A stretch of DNA of 24,567 nt, from assembly GCA_038248345.1 (NCBI GenBank), contig JBBRXO010000032.1:1-24567 (forward strand), read 5' to 3'. The notes under the pieces are model-generated. The model saw only the letters and a program-made list of their open reading frames with translations, had not been told where the DNA came from and did not search any database. This stretch comes from Armatimonadota bacterium. Lineage in GTDB: Bacteria; Armatimonadota; Hebobacteria; CAIYQO01. Position 1 is the stretch's first letter. The number at the start of each line of letters is the position of its first letter. Of the stretch, positions 1 through 7,959 are shown piece after piece. The translations under genes were made by a program, and so were the position numbers.

Positions 1-91
1 AGCGGAGTATGCGACCCTGGCGCGTTTTCTTGTTAGAGTAATAATGGTGTATCCGGTAACTTGATGCTGTAGAAGAGATAGCTGTTTAGCA

Positions 92-160
92 TAAAAAAAT
101 GCAGACCAACCGGCCGCGGCCCGGGTTCGGAGATCACCGAAATTCCCAGCACCATCTGCA
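92..160 (-). other. Candidate structured RNA/attenuator ending in a U-tract
   Basis: Minus strand reads TGCAGATGGTGCTGGGAATTTCGGTGATCTCCGAACCCGGGCCGCGGCCGGTTGGTCTGCA then T7. Outer TGCAGA/TCTGCA stem and inner TTCGG/CCGAA hairpin; GC-rich island in AT-rich DNA. Confidence 0.4.
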
Positions 161-202
161 AATAGTTCACCAGTTTTACGAGCAAGTTATCCATTTGCCC
201 TA

Positions 203-266
203 ATTGTAACACAAAAAATTCGTTTGTAACATCACCAATGTTACAAACGAATTTTGATGTTACAAT
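203..266. repeat. Long AT-rich inverted repeat with four TGTAACA/TGTTACA boxes
   Basis: Perfect 18-bp arms at 215-232 and 238-255 around a 5-nt spacer, extending imperfectly to 203 and 266. Confidence 0.85.
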
Positions 267-271
267 CCACC

Positions 272-1606
272 TTATTCTTCCGGTATCACCACTATCTGCA
301 CGTGGTCTACGCGCAGGCCATCCATGCTGAGGACGCGCAGGTTGATGCCTTCTTTTTTAATTTGCTCGCCGACGGCGGGGATGCGGCCGAAGGCGTAGAA
401 GGCGTAGCCGCCGACGGTGTCGCAGGCTTCTTCGCAGGGGAGTTCATGCCCGAGCACCTCTTCCATATCGCTGATGGGGGTGCGGCCGTCCACCGTCCAG
501 GTGTGTTCGTCGATGCGTACTACCCATTCTTCTTCGGGGTCTTCAAATTCATCGGGCAGGTCGCCTACCAGCTCTTCCAGCAGGTCAGATACCGTCACCA
601 GGCCGCTGGTACCGCCATATTCATCAATGAGGATCGCCAGATTCTGGCGTTTGCGTTGCAGCTGCCGCAATAGCAGATCGACGCGAATAGTCTCGGGCAC
701 CAGCAGAATCTCGCGGATAATGGTGCGGATATCGCCCTGGTGATCGCGTTGAAAGAGTGCAAACAGGTCTTTCGTGTGCACAAAGCCGATGACGGTGTCC
801 ATATCTTCCTGGATCACCGGGTAACGTGTTTTGCCGCCTTCCTGCGCTAGCAGTACGTTTTCCTCCAGTGTGTCTACCACATCCAGCATGAGGATATCGG
901 TGCGGTGCGTCATCACCTGGCGCGCCATACGGTGGCCGAAATTGAAGACGTTATCCAGCAGCTCCGCCTGCGTCTCGCGGATAGTGCCGCCCTTCTCCCA
1001 GCCGCTGGCGCTGATTATCATGCGCAGCTCATCCTCCGAGTGTACCAGTTCCTCATGGCTGCCATGCTTCATCCCTAAAAGATGGAAGACCGCATTGGCG
1101 GAGGCATTCAGAACCATGGTGAAAGGCTTGAACAGCCAGAAGAAAAAGGATATCGGATAAGCGGCGGCGAGGGCGATGGCCTCCGCACGTTTAATGGCCA
1201 TCCATTTGGGCACCAACTCGCCGAAGACGATCTCCAGGAAGGTGATGATGAGGAAGGCGATGATGAAGGATAGTGTACTGGCCAGCTTAGCCAATGCTGG
1301 ATCATTCAGGCCGGTCAGATTGAGCAAAAATGCAATCGGCTCCTCAATAGCTGATTTACCGAGCCAGCCCAGTCCCAGGCTGCATAACGTCACGCCCAGC
1401 TGCACTGAGGAAAGGAATTCATCCAGCCGCCCCAGGATTCCGAGCACCGTACGGGCGGCGGCACTCCCGGCATCAGCCAACTCCTTGATGCGCGTGGTAC
1501 GCACCTTGATAATAGCGAATTCTGTCGCCACAAAGAAACCGTTAACGGCCACCAGGAGTAATGTGAGCGCTAACAAAGACAGTATATGTGGTATGTCTAT
1601 GTCCAT
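272..1606 (-). CDS. Hemolysin/CNNM (DUF21)-CBS-CorC family Mg2+/Co2+ transporter
   Basis: NGFFVATEFA, VQLGVTL, FGELVPK, CBS pair (TRYPV, IDEYGGTSGLVT) and a C-terminal CorC/HlyC domain (DTVGG). Confidence 0.93.
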   Translation of the reverse strand: MDIDIPHILSLLALTLLLVAVNGFFVATEFAIIKVRTTRIKELADAGSAAARTVLGILGRLDEFLSSVQLGVTLCSLGLGWLGKSAIEEPIAFLLNLTGLNDPALAKLASTLSFIIAFLIITFLEIVFGELVPKWMAIKRAEAIALAAAYPISFFFWLFKPFTMVLNASANAVFHLLGMKHGSHEELVHSEDELRMIISASGWEKGGTIRETQAELLDNVFNFGHRMARQVMTHRTDILMLDVVDTLEENVLLAQEGGKTRYPVIQEDMDTVIGFVHTKDLFALFQRDHQGDIRTIIREILLVPETIRVDLLLRQLQRKRQNLAILIDEYGGTSGLVTVSDLLEELVGDLPDEFEDPEEEWVVRIDEHTWTVDGRTPISDMEEVLGHELPCEEACDTVGGYAFYAFGRIPAVGEQIKKEGINLRVLSMDGLRVDHVQIVVIPEE

Positions 1607-1654
1607 AAGTTCTTATTCCGCGACCGAGCGCGGAGTACAAATCACCTCGCGAAT

Positions 1655-1663
1655 AGTATAGCA
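1655..1663 (-). promoter_or_regulatory. Extended -10 element for the CNNM/CorC gene
   Basis: TGCTATACT on the minus strand about 50 nt upstream of the ATG at 1606. Confidence 0.5.
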
Positions 1664-1702
1664 CATTTTTGTTAGCAGGTACGTGTCACTTGCTGCAGGC
1701 TC

Positions 1703-1791
1703 AGGAGTATCGTATTTAGCGCCCGTCCTGTTCGCGTGGCCGTGCACGACTGGGCGAGGGAGGACGGCTTGTCGCTAAAAACGATACTCCT
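1703..1791. repeat. Long imperfect hairpin (REP/MITE-like)
   Basis: AGGAGTATCGTATTTAGCG pairs with CGCTAAAAACGATACTCCT (one mismatch); inner CCGTCCT/AGGACGG stem. Confidence 0.75.
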
Positions 1792-1818
1792 TGTTGCAAC
1801 GCTGGATTTACACGATTC

Positions 1819-1827
1819 TGATATAAT
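1819..1827 (+). promoter_or_regulatory. Extended -10 element for the DUF2007-like gene
   Basis: TGATATAAT about 47 nt upstream of the ATG at 1874. Confidence 0.55.
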
Positions 1828-1873
1828 GCATAGGTTATGAACTTCGAACTTGGAACTATTTTAAAGGGAGTAC

Positions 1874-2260
1874 ATGATGATCTGCCCGAAATGCCAGGCC
1901 GAATACCGGCCCGAGTTCACCGAGTGCCCGGCCTGCCGGGCGCCACTGGTGGGGGCACGGCATGAGCCGATGGAGCTGGTGCTGGTGTACCAGAGTGGCG
2001 ATATGGGGCGGGTGATGCTGGCGAAGAATTTCCTCGAGTCGGCGGAGATACCCTACATCGTAAAAAATGAAGAGGAGCAGGGGTTATTCGGCTGGGGCAG
2101 TATCCCCTTTGGCTACAATCTGCTCATCGGCCCGATGGAGATCCGCGTGTATCGCCAGGATGTCGAAGCGGCCCTAGATATCCTCAAGGATTTGGACGAC
2201 GAAGGTGAGGAAGCCGAGAAGGCACCCAAACATTCACTCCCCCACGTACACCCGCGGTAA
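1874..2260 (+). CDS. DUF2007-like (putative signal-transducing, PII-like fold) protein with N-terminal zinc ribbon
   Basis: CPKC..EY..CPAC..L ribbon, then AKNFLESAEIP..VKNE and IRV...D...A...L pattern; SD AAGGGAG before the ATG. Confidence 0.75.
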   Translation: MMICPKCQAEYRPEFTECPACRAPLVGARHEPMELVLVYQSGDMGRVMLAKNFLESAEIPYIVKNEEEQGLFGWGSIPFGYNLLIGPMEIRVYRQDVEAALDILKDLDDEGEEAEKAPKHSLPHVHPR

Positions 2261-3433
2261 CCGCGCACCGAGGTTTACCAGGGCTTCGTAGGCGATGCTG
2301 TTCATGCCGAGGCCGACTTCCCAGGCGGTGATGGTCTGGTCACCTTGCGCGCCGATGAGCACTGCGGTGTCGCCGATCTGCACGCCGGGGATGTGGGTGA
2401 CATCCAGCACCGTCTGATCCATGCTGACGCGGCCTACGATGGGGGCGCGGTGGCCGCGGATCAGCGCCCAGCCACGGTTGCTTAGCGCGCGCGCCAGGCC
2501 GTCGGCGTAGCCGAGGGGGAGCAGCGCCAGCGTGCTGTCGCAGGGGGTGCGGTAAGTCAGGCTGTAGCCGACGCCGTCGCCGGCGGGCAGGCAGTTGAGC
2601 TGTACCACTTGCGCCTTGAGCGAGAGGGCGGGGCGCAGCGGGAAGGGTTGATAGCGGTCGCGGGTCTCCGCCGTGCGCGCCAGCGCGTAGTCCTCGCGTT
2701 TGCTGGTTGTATGAGCGCCACTTGCTGGTACATCGCTGGCCAACGGCACCGGGGAGACGCCGTAGAGGATGAGCCCCGGGCGTACCAGATCGAAGTAGGT
2801 AGCGGGCAGGAAGCTGATGGCGGCGCTGTTGGCGCAGTGGCGGTAACGCGGGCGCACGCCGCGCGCAGCGGCCCCGTCAAGGGTGGCGATGAAACGCTCC
2901 AGTTGCGTGTCGGCAGAGGTGTGGTCCTCATAGTCGGAGGTGGCGAAGTGCGTCATCACGCCCTCCAGCTCGATGCCGGGCAGCGCCGCCACCTTGCAGA
3001 TGAAATCCGCGCCGGAATCCCAGCGCACGCCCACGCGCCCCATGCCAGTGTTCACCTTCACATGCACTTTCGCCCGCGTGCCCAGCCGACAGGCAGCGTC
3101 ACTGAAGGCTTGTGCCGCGGCGGGGTAGCTCACCACTGCCGACGCGCCCAGGCGCACCACCATCTCGGCTTGCTCGGGCAGGCATACGCCCAGGATCAGC
3201 GCCGGGGCATCGATGCCCGCCGCGCGCAACAGCTGCACTTCCTCGGGGATAGCCACCCCCAGCATAGTAGCCCCGCCTGCCAGCGCCGCACGTGCGGAGG
3301 GCACCAGGCCATGCCCGTACCCGTCCGCTTTGATCACAGCGATGACGCCGGTCTGCGGCCCCACAAAATCCTTAATAGTACTGACATTCTCCCGGATAGC
3401 GGCGACGTCAACTTCAACCCAGGCTGGACGCAA
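2234..3433 (-). CDS. alr: Alanine racemase
   Basis: PLP-lysine motif AVIKADGYGHG, HVKVNTGMGRVG, THFA, ANSAA, RPGLILYG, GYADG, GRVSMDQ; TTG start with GGAG SD. Confidence 0.96.
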   Translation of the reverse strand: MRPAWVEVDVAAIRENVSTIKDFVGPQTGVIAVIKADGYGHGLVPSARAALAGGATMLGVAIPEEVQLLRAAGIDAPALILGVCLPEQAEMVVRLGASAVVSYPAAAQAFSDAACRLGTRAKVHVKVNTGMGRVGVRWDSGADFICKVAALPGIELEGVMTHFATSDYEDHTSADTQLERFIATLDGAAARGVRPRYRHCANSAAISFLPATYFDLVRPGLILYGVSPVPLASDVPASGAHTTSKREDYALARTAETRDRYQPFPLRPALSLKAQVVQLNCLPAGDGVGYSLTYRTPCDSTLALLPLGYADGLARALSNRGWALIRGHRAPIVGRVSMDQTVLDVTHIPGVQIGDTAVLIGAQGDQTITAWEVGLGMNSIAYEALVNLGARLPRVYVGE

Positions 3434-3501
3434 AATATTTCTCCCTCACACATAGTGATATAAATGTTTATTCTTTGTGGTGATGGGGAGTTCCTGCCTC
3501 A

Positions 3502-4104
3502 TCACCCCTTCCCTTTCACCGCTTTCAGCACCCAGTTCCACAGTGTACTGCGGCCGAGGTTAGTTTTGGAGGAGAAGGCGGTGGCGTGGTCGGTGTCGAT
3601 GTTCAGTTTTTCGGCAATTTGCAGCAATGCCTCGGGGACTTTGGTGATAGCAATTTTATCTGCTTTGGTACCCACTACGATGAAGCTCTGAATCTCGCGC
3701 AACCAGTTCGACATCTCGTAATCAAGCGGTTGCGGCTCGTGGCGCAGGTCGATCAGATGCACCACCGCGCGCAGTTGTTCACGCGTGGTCAGGTACTCTT
3801 CGATGAATTTCGCCCACTGCTCGCGTTTCACCGCGCTGGCCTTGGCGAAGCCGTAGCCCGGCATATCCACCAGATAAAACACCTTGCTCCCCGGCGTGTC
3901 CGGCGTCACCCGGTAATAATTGAGCGTCTGCGTACGCCCCGGCGTGTTAGAGACGCGTACCAGATTGGAGGTGCCCAGCAGGCAGTTGATCAGCGACGAC
4001 TTGCCCACGTTAGACCGCCCCACCATGGCAATCTCCGGCAAATAATCCTTCGGACACTGTTGCGCATTAGTAGCGCTACACACAAATTCAGCTTTAATCG
4101 CCAT
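3502..4104 (-). CDS. engB: Ribosome biogenesis GTPase EngB/YihA/YsxC
   Basis: GRSNVGKSSLIN, PGRT, VDMPGYG, TKADK and FSS motifs; SD AAAGGA. Confidence 0.96.
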   Translation of the reverse strand: MAIKAEFVCSATNAQQCPKDYLPEIAMVGRSNVGKSSLINCLLGTSNLVRVSNTPGRTQTLNYYRVTPDTPGSKVFYLVDMPGYGFAKASAVKREQWAKFIEEYLTTREQLRAVVHLIDLRHEPQPLDYEMSNWLREIQSFIVVGTKADKIAITKVPEALLQIAEKLNIDTDHATAFSSKTNLGRSTLWNWVLKAVKGKG

Positions 4105-4130
4105 TTTTAATATCCTTTTCTACGGTACTC

Positions 4131-4139
4131 ATTCTAACA
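4131..4139 (-). promoter_or_regulatory. Extended -10 element for engB(-alr)
   Basis: TGTTAGAAT on the minus strand 27 nt upstream of the engB ATG. Confidence 0.5.
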
Positions 4140-4164
4140 GGTGCAGGGGTTAGGGGCAATGTTT

Positions 4165-4281
4165 CACCACGAAGTGGTGGTGGACACGGTTTCTCCGCTA
4201 CCCCTTCGGGGTGTGATGTCGTATCGAACCATCATCCCCAGGGCTTACGCCCTGTCTATATTCCGACACCGCTTTGCAGTG
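4165..4281. repeat. Cluster of four short GC-rich hairpins (REP/REPIN-like)
   Basis: CACCAC-GAA-GTGGTG (4165-4179), ACCCC-TTC-GGGGT (4200-4212), CAGGGC-TTAC-GCCCTG (4239-4254), CACCGC-TTT-GCAGTG (4267-4281). Confidence 0.65.
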
Positions 4282-4341
4282 ATTAACAATTCATTTATAA
4301 TCAGCAGGAACCCCCACCCCCATGGCGAAAAATAATAACGT

Positions 4342-4956
4342 ATGAACGACACGACCACCAACGACAGCGCACGCTACCAGTGGGCTATCCGTAGTATTGT
4401 TTACGGGTTGGTCGGCTTTTTTGTCTTGCTGGTCTGCGCGGTGGTGCGCTTGCCGGAGGGGATCACGGCTAATCGCGGATTCAGCTACTATGGCGACTAC
4501 CGGGAAACGGTGCCGTATTTCCGCGCGGCTTTCGGTTGCTGCGGTGCGTCGATGTTGCTGGCGTCGTTTCTGCTGCCGCGTGGGAAACCGTTTGCGGCGA
4601 TGCGGGTTTCCTTTTGGATCATGTTCGTGCTGATCTGCGGCGTCGCCTTCACCACCGTGCCGGGCACCACCCAATTTCACATTATGCACAAATGCTTCGG
4701 CATCCCGCTCTTTATCTTCCAGTTCTGCTTCGGCACCTGGCTGGCGCTGTTCGTCAGCAAAACCCGCGTCAATGTGACGCTCTTTCTGGTGTTGCTGCTG
4801 GGCGACATAGCCTCGCTGCTGGGGCTGCTCTACCTGCAGGACGCCAACCCGCTCTTCCCCTACCTGCTGCACAGCCAGGTGCTCTTCCAGGCGGCCTTCG
4901 GGGCAATAGTGGTGTACTCGCTGTGGCAGTTGCGCGGTAGTTACAACCCCCGATAA
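4342..4956 (+). CDS. Hypothetical integral membrane protein (about 6 TM helices)
   Basis: 204-aa ORF with repeated hydrophobic segments and host-like GC-rich codons. Confidence 0.75.
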   Translation: MNDTTTNDSARYQWAIRSIVYGLVGFFVLLVCAVVRLPEGITANRGFSYYGDYRETVPYFRAAFGCCGASMLLASFLLPRGKPFAAMRVSFWIMFVLICGVAFTTVPGTTQFHIMHKCFGIPLFIFQFCFGTWLALFVSKTRVNVTLFLVLLLGDIASLLGLLYLQDANPLFPYLLHSQVLFQAAFGAIVVYSLWQLRGSYNPR

Positions 4957-4960
4957 GTAA

Positions 4961-4969
4961 TGCTATAAT
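4961..4969 (+). promoter_or_regulatory. Consensus extended -10 directly before the methyltransferase start (leaderless geometry)
   Basis: TGCTATAAT ends 6 nt before the ATG at 4976; no SD. Confidence 0.6.
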
Positions 4970-4975
4970 GTGCCT

Positions 4976-6580
4976 ATGCATGTCAACACTCTATATTATG
5001 GCGATAACCTGGAAGTTATGCGCAATAGCATGGCGGATGAGAGCGTTGATCTGATTTACCTTGACCCGCCCTTCAACTCCGCGCGCGATTACAATGTACT
5101 CTTCAAACAGGCGAAGAAGGACGATAACCACGCGCAGATTACCGCTTTCACCGACACCTGGCAATGGAGCAAGCGCAATTACGAGGAGTTCTTCAACGAC
5201 CCGCGCAACGCCCGGCTCTTTGATCTGGTGACTGCTCTCTATAAAATCCTCGGCTCCAGCGAGATGATGGCGTACCTGGTGATGATGGCCCCGCGCTTGC
5301 TGGAGATGCACCGTATCCTGAAATCCTCCGGCAGTCTATACCTGCACTGCGACCCGACGGCGAGCCATTATTTGAAGATATTATTAGATGTAATCTTTGA
5401 ACCATCAAATTATATCAACGAGATAACTTGGAAGCGTGCTAGTTCACATAATGATGCCATAAGGAGATTTGGGAATCTGGCCGATATCATTCATATTTTT
5501 GCCAAGTCGAAAAATTATCAGTTTCATCCGCAATACCGGCCCTACTCGGAAGACTATTTAGAAAAGTTCTACAGAGGGAAGGATGAAGACGGCAGAAAGT
5601 GGATGTCGGATAATTTCGCCAGTCCCAATCCGCGTCCCAACCTCACCTACAGCTATAAAGGCTACAATCCGCCCGAGTTTGGTTGGAAGGTAAACTTGCA
5701 GAAAATGGAGCAGCTAGACAGCGAAGACAGGATAATCTTCCCCTCGACAACAGAGGGGAGAATACGAATTAAGCGGTACCTGGATGAAATGCCCGGCTTG
5801 CCGGTGGGCAATATCTGGGATGATATTCAGCAGGTGCAGGCAAACTCAGTGGAACGTATGGGCTATCCCACCCAGAAACCGCTGGCGCTACTGGAGCGCA
5901 TCATCAATGCCTCCAGCAAACCCGGCGATGTGGTTTTTGATCCTTTTTGCGGGTGTGGCACGGCGGTGGCGGCGGCAGAGGCGCTGGGGCGGCTCTGGAT
6001 CGGTATCGACATCACCTTCATTGCGGTAGACCTGATGATCGCGCGGATGGCGCGGGACTTTGGGCTACAGCGCAAGCATGACTACCTGATCATCGGCGAC
6101 CCGAAGGATGCATACTCGGCGCAGCAGCTCTTCCAGCAATCGCCCAAACAATTTGAGATTTGGGCAGTGGGGCTGGCCAACGGCGTGCCACAACCGGGCA
6201 AGGTGGGCGACAAGGGCGTGGACGGCAAGGTCTACTTCTACGACCTGGAGAGTAATCTGCAATGGGCGGTGTGCCAGGTGAAGGGCGGCCACCTGACGCC
6301 CAGCATCATCCGCGACTTCGCTCACGTCATCGAGCGCGAGAAGGCGGCGCTGGGCTTTTTCATCTGCCTGGAGACCCCTACTAAAGGGATGTATCGCGAA
6401 GCGGAGGAGATCGGCTTCTTCACCGCCCCCAGCGGGCGCCAAATCCCCCGGATGCAAATCCGCACCATCCATGAGCTACTCGATCAGAGCGCAGAGTTCG
6501 ACTTCCCGCAAGGCTACAGCTTGAAAAGCGGCGGCAAACGCACCACGCGGGAGCATGAGCAGGCAAAGATTGAACTGTAG
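4976..6580 (+). CDS. Beta-class N6A/N4C DNA methyltransferase fused to a C-terminal Mrr-like endonuclease domain
   Basis: LYYGDNL, motif IV YLDPPF, YPTQKP, motif I FDPFCGCGT; C-terminal QFEIWA..GDKGVDG..CQVKGG. ATG 4976 preferred over GTG 4970. Confidence 0.88.
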   Translation: MHVNTLYYGDNLEVMRNSMADESVDLIYLDPPFNSARDYNVLFKQAKKDDNHAQITAFTDTWQWSKRNYEEFFNDPRNARLFDLVTALYKILGSSEMMAYLVMMAPRLLEMHRILKSSGSLYLHCDPTASHYLKILLDVIFEPSNYINEITWKRASSHNDAIRRFGNLADIIHIFAKSKNYQFHPQYRPYSEDYLEKFYRGKDEDGRKWMSDNFASPNPRPNLTYSYKGYNPPEFGWKVNLQKMEQLDSEDRIIFPSTTEGRIRIKRYLDEMPGLPVGNIWDDIQQVQANSVERMGYPTQKPLALLERIINASSKPGDVVFDPFCGCGTAVAAAEALGRLWIGIDITFIAVDLMIARMARDFGLQRKHDYLIIGDPKDAYSAQQLFQQSPKQFEIWAVGLANGVPQPGKVGDKGVDGKVYFYDLESNLQWAVCQVKGGHLTPSIIRDFAHVIEREKAALGFFICLETPTKGMYREAEEIGFFTAPSGRQIPRMQIRTIHELLDQSAEFDFPQGYSLKSGGKRTTREHEQAKIEL

Positions 6581-6587
6581 GAGCGTC

Positions 6588-7070
6588 CTACTGCCCGACA
6601 AACACCGCTCGCACGCGCGGACGGGTGAGGACGAAGAGGAAAATGCCGTATATCGCCAGTTCTATGTACGCAATGGTCATCTGATCATTTACCACCAGTG
6701 TTGTCTCCTCGGCGGGTAAGCTGGCCGTTATCCATGGTATCAAGATGAAGGCGAAGAGCGGAACCAGAGTGAGGACACGGGCAACAAGCATAAAAACAGC
6801 GGCCTGATGGGCAAGTGGCAAGCGGAACAGCAAGCCAATGGCGGAGAACAGCCCCAATAGTCCAAAGAGCGCCGTATCGAATTGATTAATCGCCCCGCCG
6901 GGATAGCTTTCCATCGTAAAGAGGCTGGGTAATTGCAGAGCTGAATCGGCAAACAGCAAAACAGCCACGATAACCACCGCGATGTAGTTAGGCTTGCCCT
7001 CTTGCGCAGGGAATTCGGGCTGCCAGGATATTTCGTTATTATCTTTCTCTTCCGGGTTATTTTCAGGCAT
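6588..7070 (-). CDS. Hypothetical membrane protein (about 4 TM helices)
   Basis: Hydrophobic segments and C-terminal LTRPRVRAVF; starts 3 nt after the upstream stop with AGGAAGG SD. Confidence 0.7.
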   Translation of the reverse strand: MPENNPEEKDNNEISWQPEFPAQEGKPNYIAVVIVAVLLFADSALQLPSLFTMESYPGGAINQFDTALFGLLGLFSAIGLLFRLPLAHQAAVFMLVARVLTLVPLFAFILIPWITASLPAEETTLVVNDQMTIAYIELAIYGIFLFVLTRPRVRAVFVGQ

Positions 7071-7073
7071 CAG

Positions 7074-7892
7074 TTACCTTCCTATTATTGTCATCTCTAC
7101 TATACCCATTGCCAGGGTCAACAAGACCAGTATGGCCCCGGCTATCGCCAAAAGTATGGCGGTCATCCGCATGGTCTCGCGCCGGGACAGCCAGATCAGC
7201 ACGGCCGCTGCCCCCCACAAAGCATAACTCAGGCCGCTGAGAGAGAGCAATAGCGCGGGTGCCTGGGCGATCTTCGCCGGTAAGGTGAAGAGGAAAAAGA
7301 GCGGTTTGACCGCTAGTACCACCGCCACCAGACGCACAGAGTCCATCCCCACCAGCTCATCCTGCAGGCGCAGCCAGCGTTTTTGCTGGGCATACCAGCG
7401 GCAGAATTGCCAGAGCAGGAACCAGCCGACGGCGGTGTAGAAGAGGCCAAAATTGAAAAGCGCCACCAGCGCGCCGATCTCCACGTTATCGCGAAAGTGC
7501 AGCACCGTCAGGCTGGCGCTTTGCAATACGATATACCCACCCAGCGCGGTGATGATCATGCGCAGTTGATGCAGCTCGGGGCGCATTCGGACGCGCACTT
7601 CATCAGCGGGTTTGTCTTCCAGGACGGCGGTGGGTTCCTTCTCCGGGTCACCCGGCTTCTCTTCGTCTTCGCCCAGGTGCAGCCCCACGGCGGCAGAGCC
7701 AGCCAGCGTCAAGAAGGCCAAGAAACCACAGGCGGTGAGGAGCATCCCCAGTGCAGAGAATACGGTTGGCGCGCCATTGAGAAGCGTGAAGACATTGCCC
7801 AGCGGCCCCGCCTGCAGGAAGAATCCCACCAGCCCGTACCCCGCCGCCACCAGCACAATATGCAATTTTCGCACTCGATCCGGAGTCGCCAT
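7074..7892 (-). CDS. Hypothetical multi-pass membrane protein
   Basis: 272 aa, about 7 hydrophobic segments and an acidic loop; apparently coupled to 6588-7070. Confidence 0.72.
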   Translation of the reverse strand: MATPDRVRKLHIVLVAAGYGLVGFFLQAGPLGNVFTLLNGAPTVFSALGMLLTACGFLAFLTLAGSAAVGLHLGEDEEKPGDPEKEPTAVLEDKPADEVRVRMRPELHQLRMIITALGGYIVLQSASLTVLHFRDNVEIGALVALFNFGLFYTAVGWFLLWQFCRWYAQQKRWLRLQDELVGMDSVRLVAVVLAVKPLFFLFTLPAKIAQAPALLLSLSGLSYALWGAAAVLIWLSRRETMRMTAILLAIAGAILVLLTLAMGIVEMTIIGR

Positions 7893-7905
7893 CAGCCACC
7901 ACTTT

Positions 7906-7929
7906 CAATAGGGATATTATACCCTATTG
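7906..7929. promoter_or_regulatory. Palindrome enclosing a TATAAT (operator or hairpin)
   Basis: CAATAGGG-ATATTATA-CCCTATTG; the minus strand has TATAAT at 7921-7916, upstream of the ATG at 7892. Confidence 0.45.
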
Positions 7930-7959
7930 GAGCGTGAAGAGGTGTGATTTGAACGCGAC

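Noticed and set aside
110..153. Cobalamin riboswitch (minus-strand GGGAA...CGGTG...TCCG...CCGC resemblance)
   Set aside because: The T-loop is TGATCT rather than TGAAAT-like, there is no GCAACTGT/GCCACTG or B12 box, and the element is too short. Kept only as an unknown structure.
33..194. 53-codon minus-strand ORF (MDNLLVKL...)
   Set aside because: No SD, no recognisable motif, and it runs through the structured segment and U-tract.
254..3463. Opposite-strand and alternative-frame ORFs over the CNNM gene and alr (e.g. 254-673, 1176-1661, 2609-3463)
   Set aside because: Shadows of well-supported genes in GC-rich DNA, with no motifs. The same applies to the nested ORFs over the other genes in the window.
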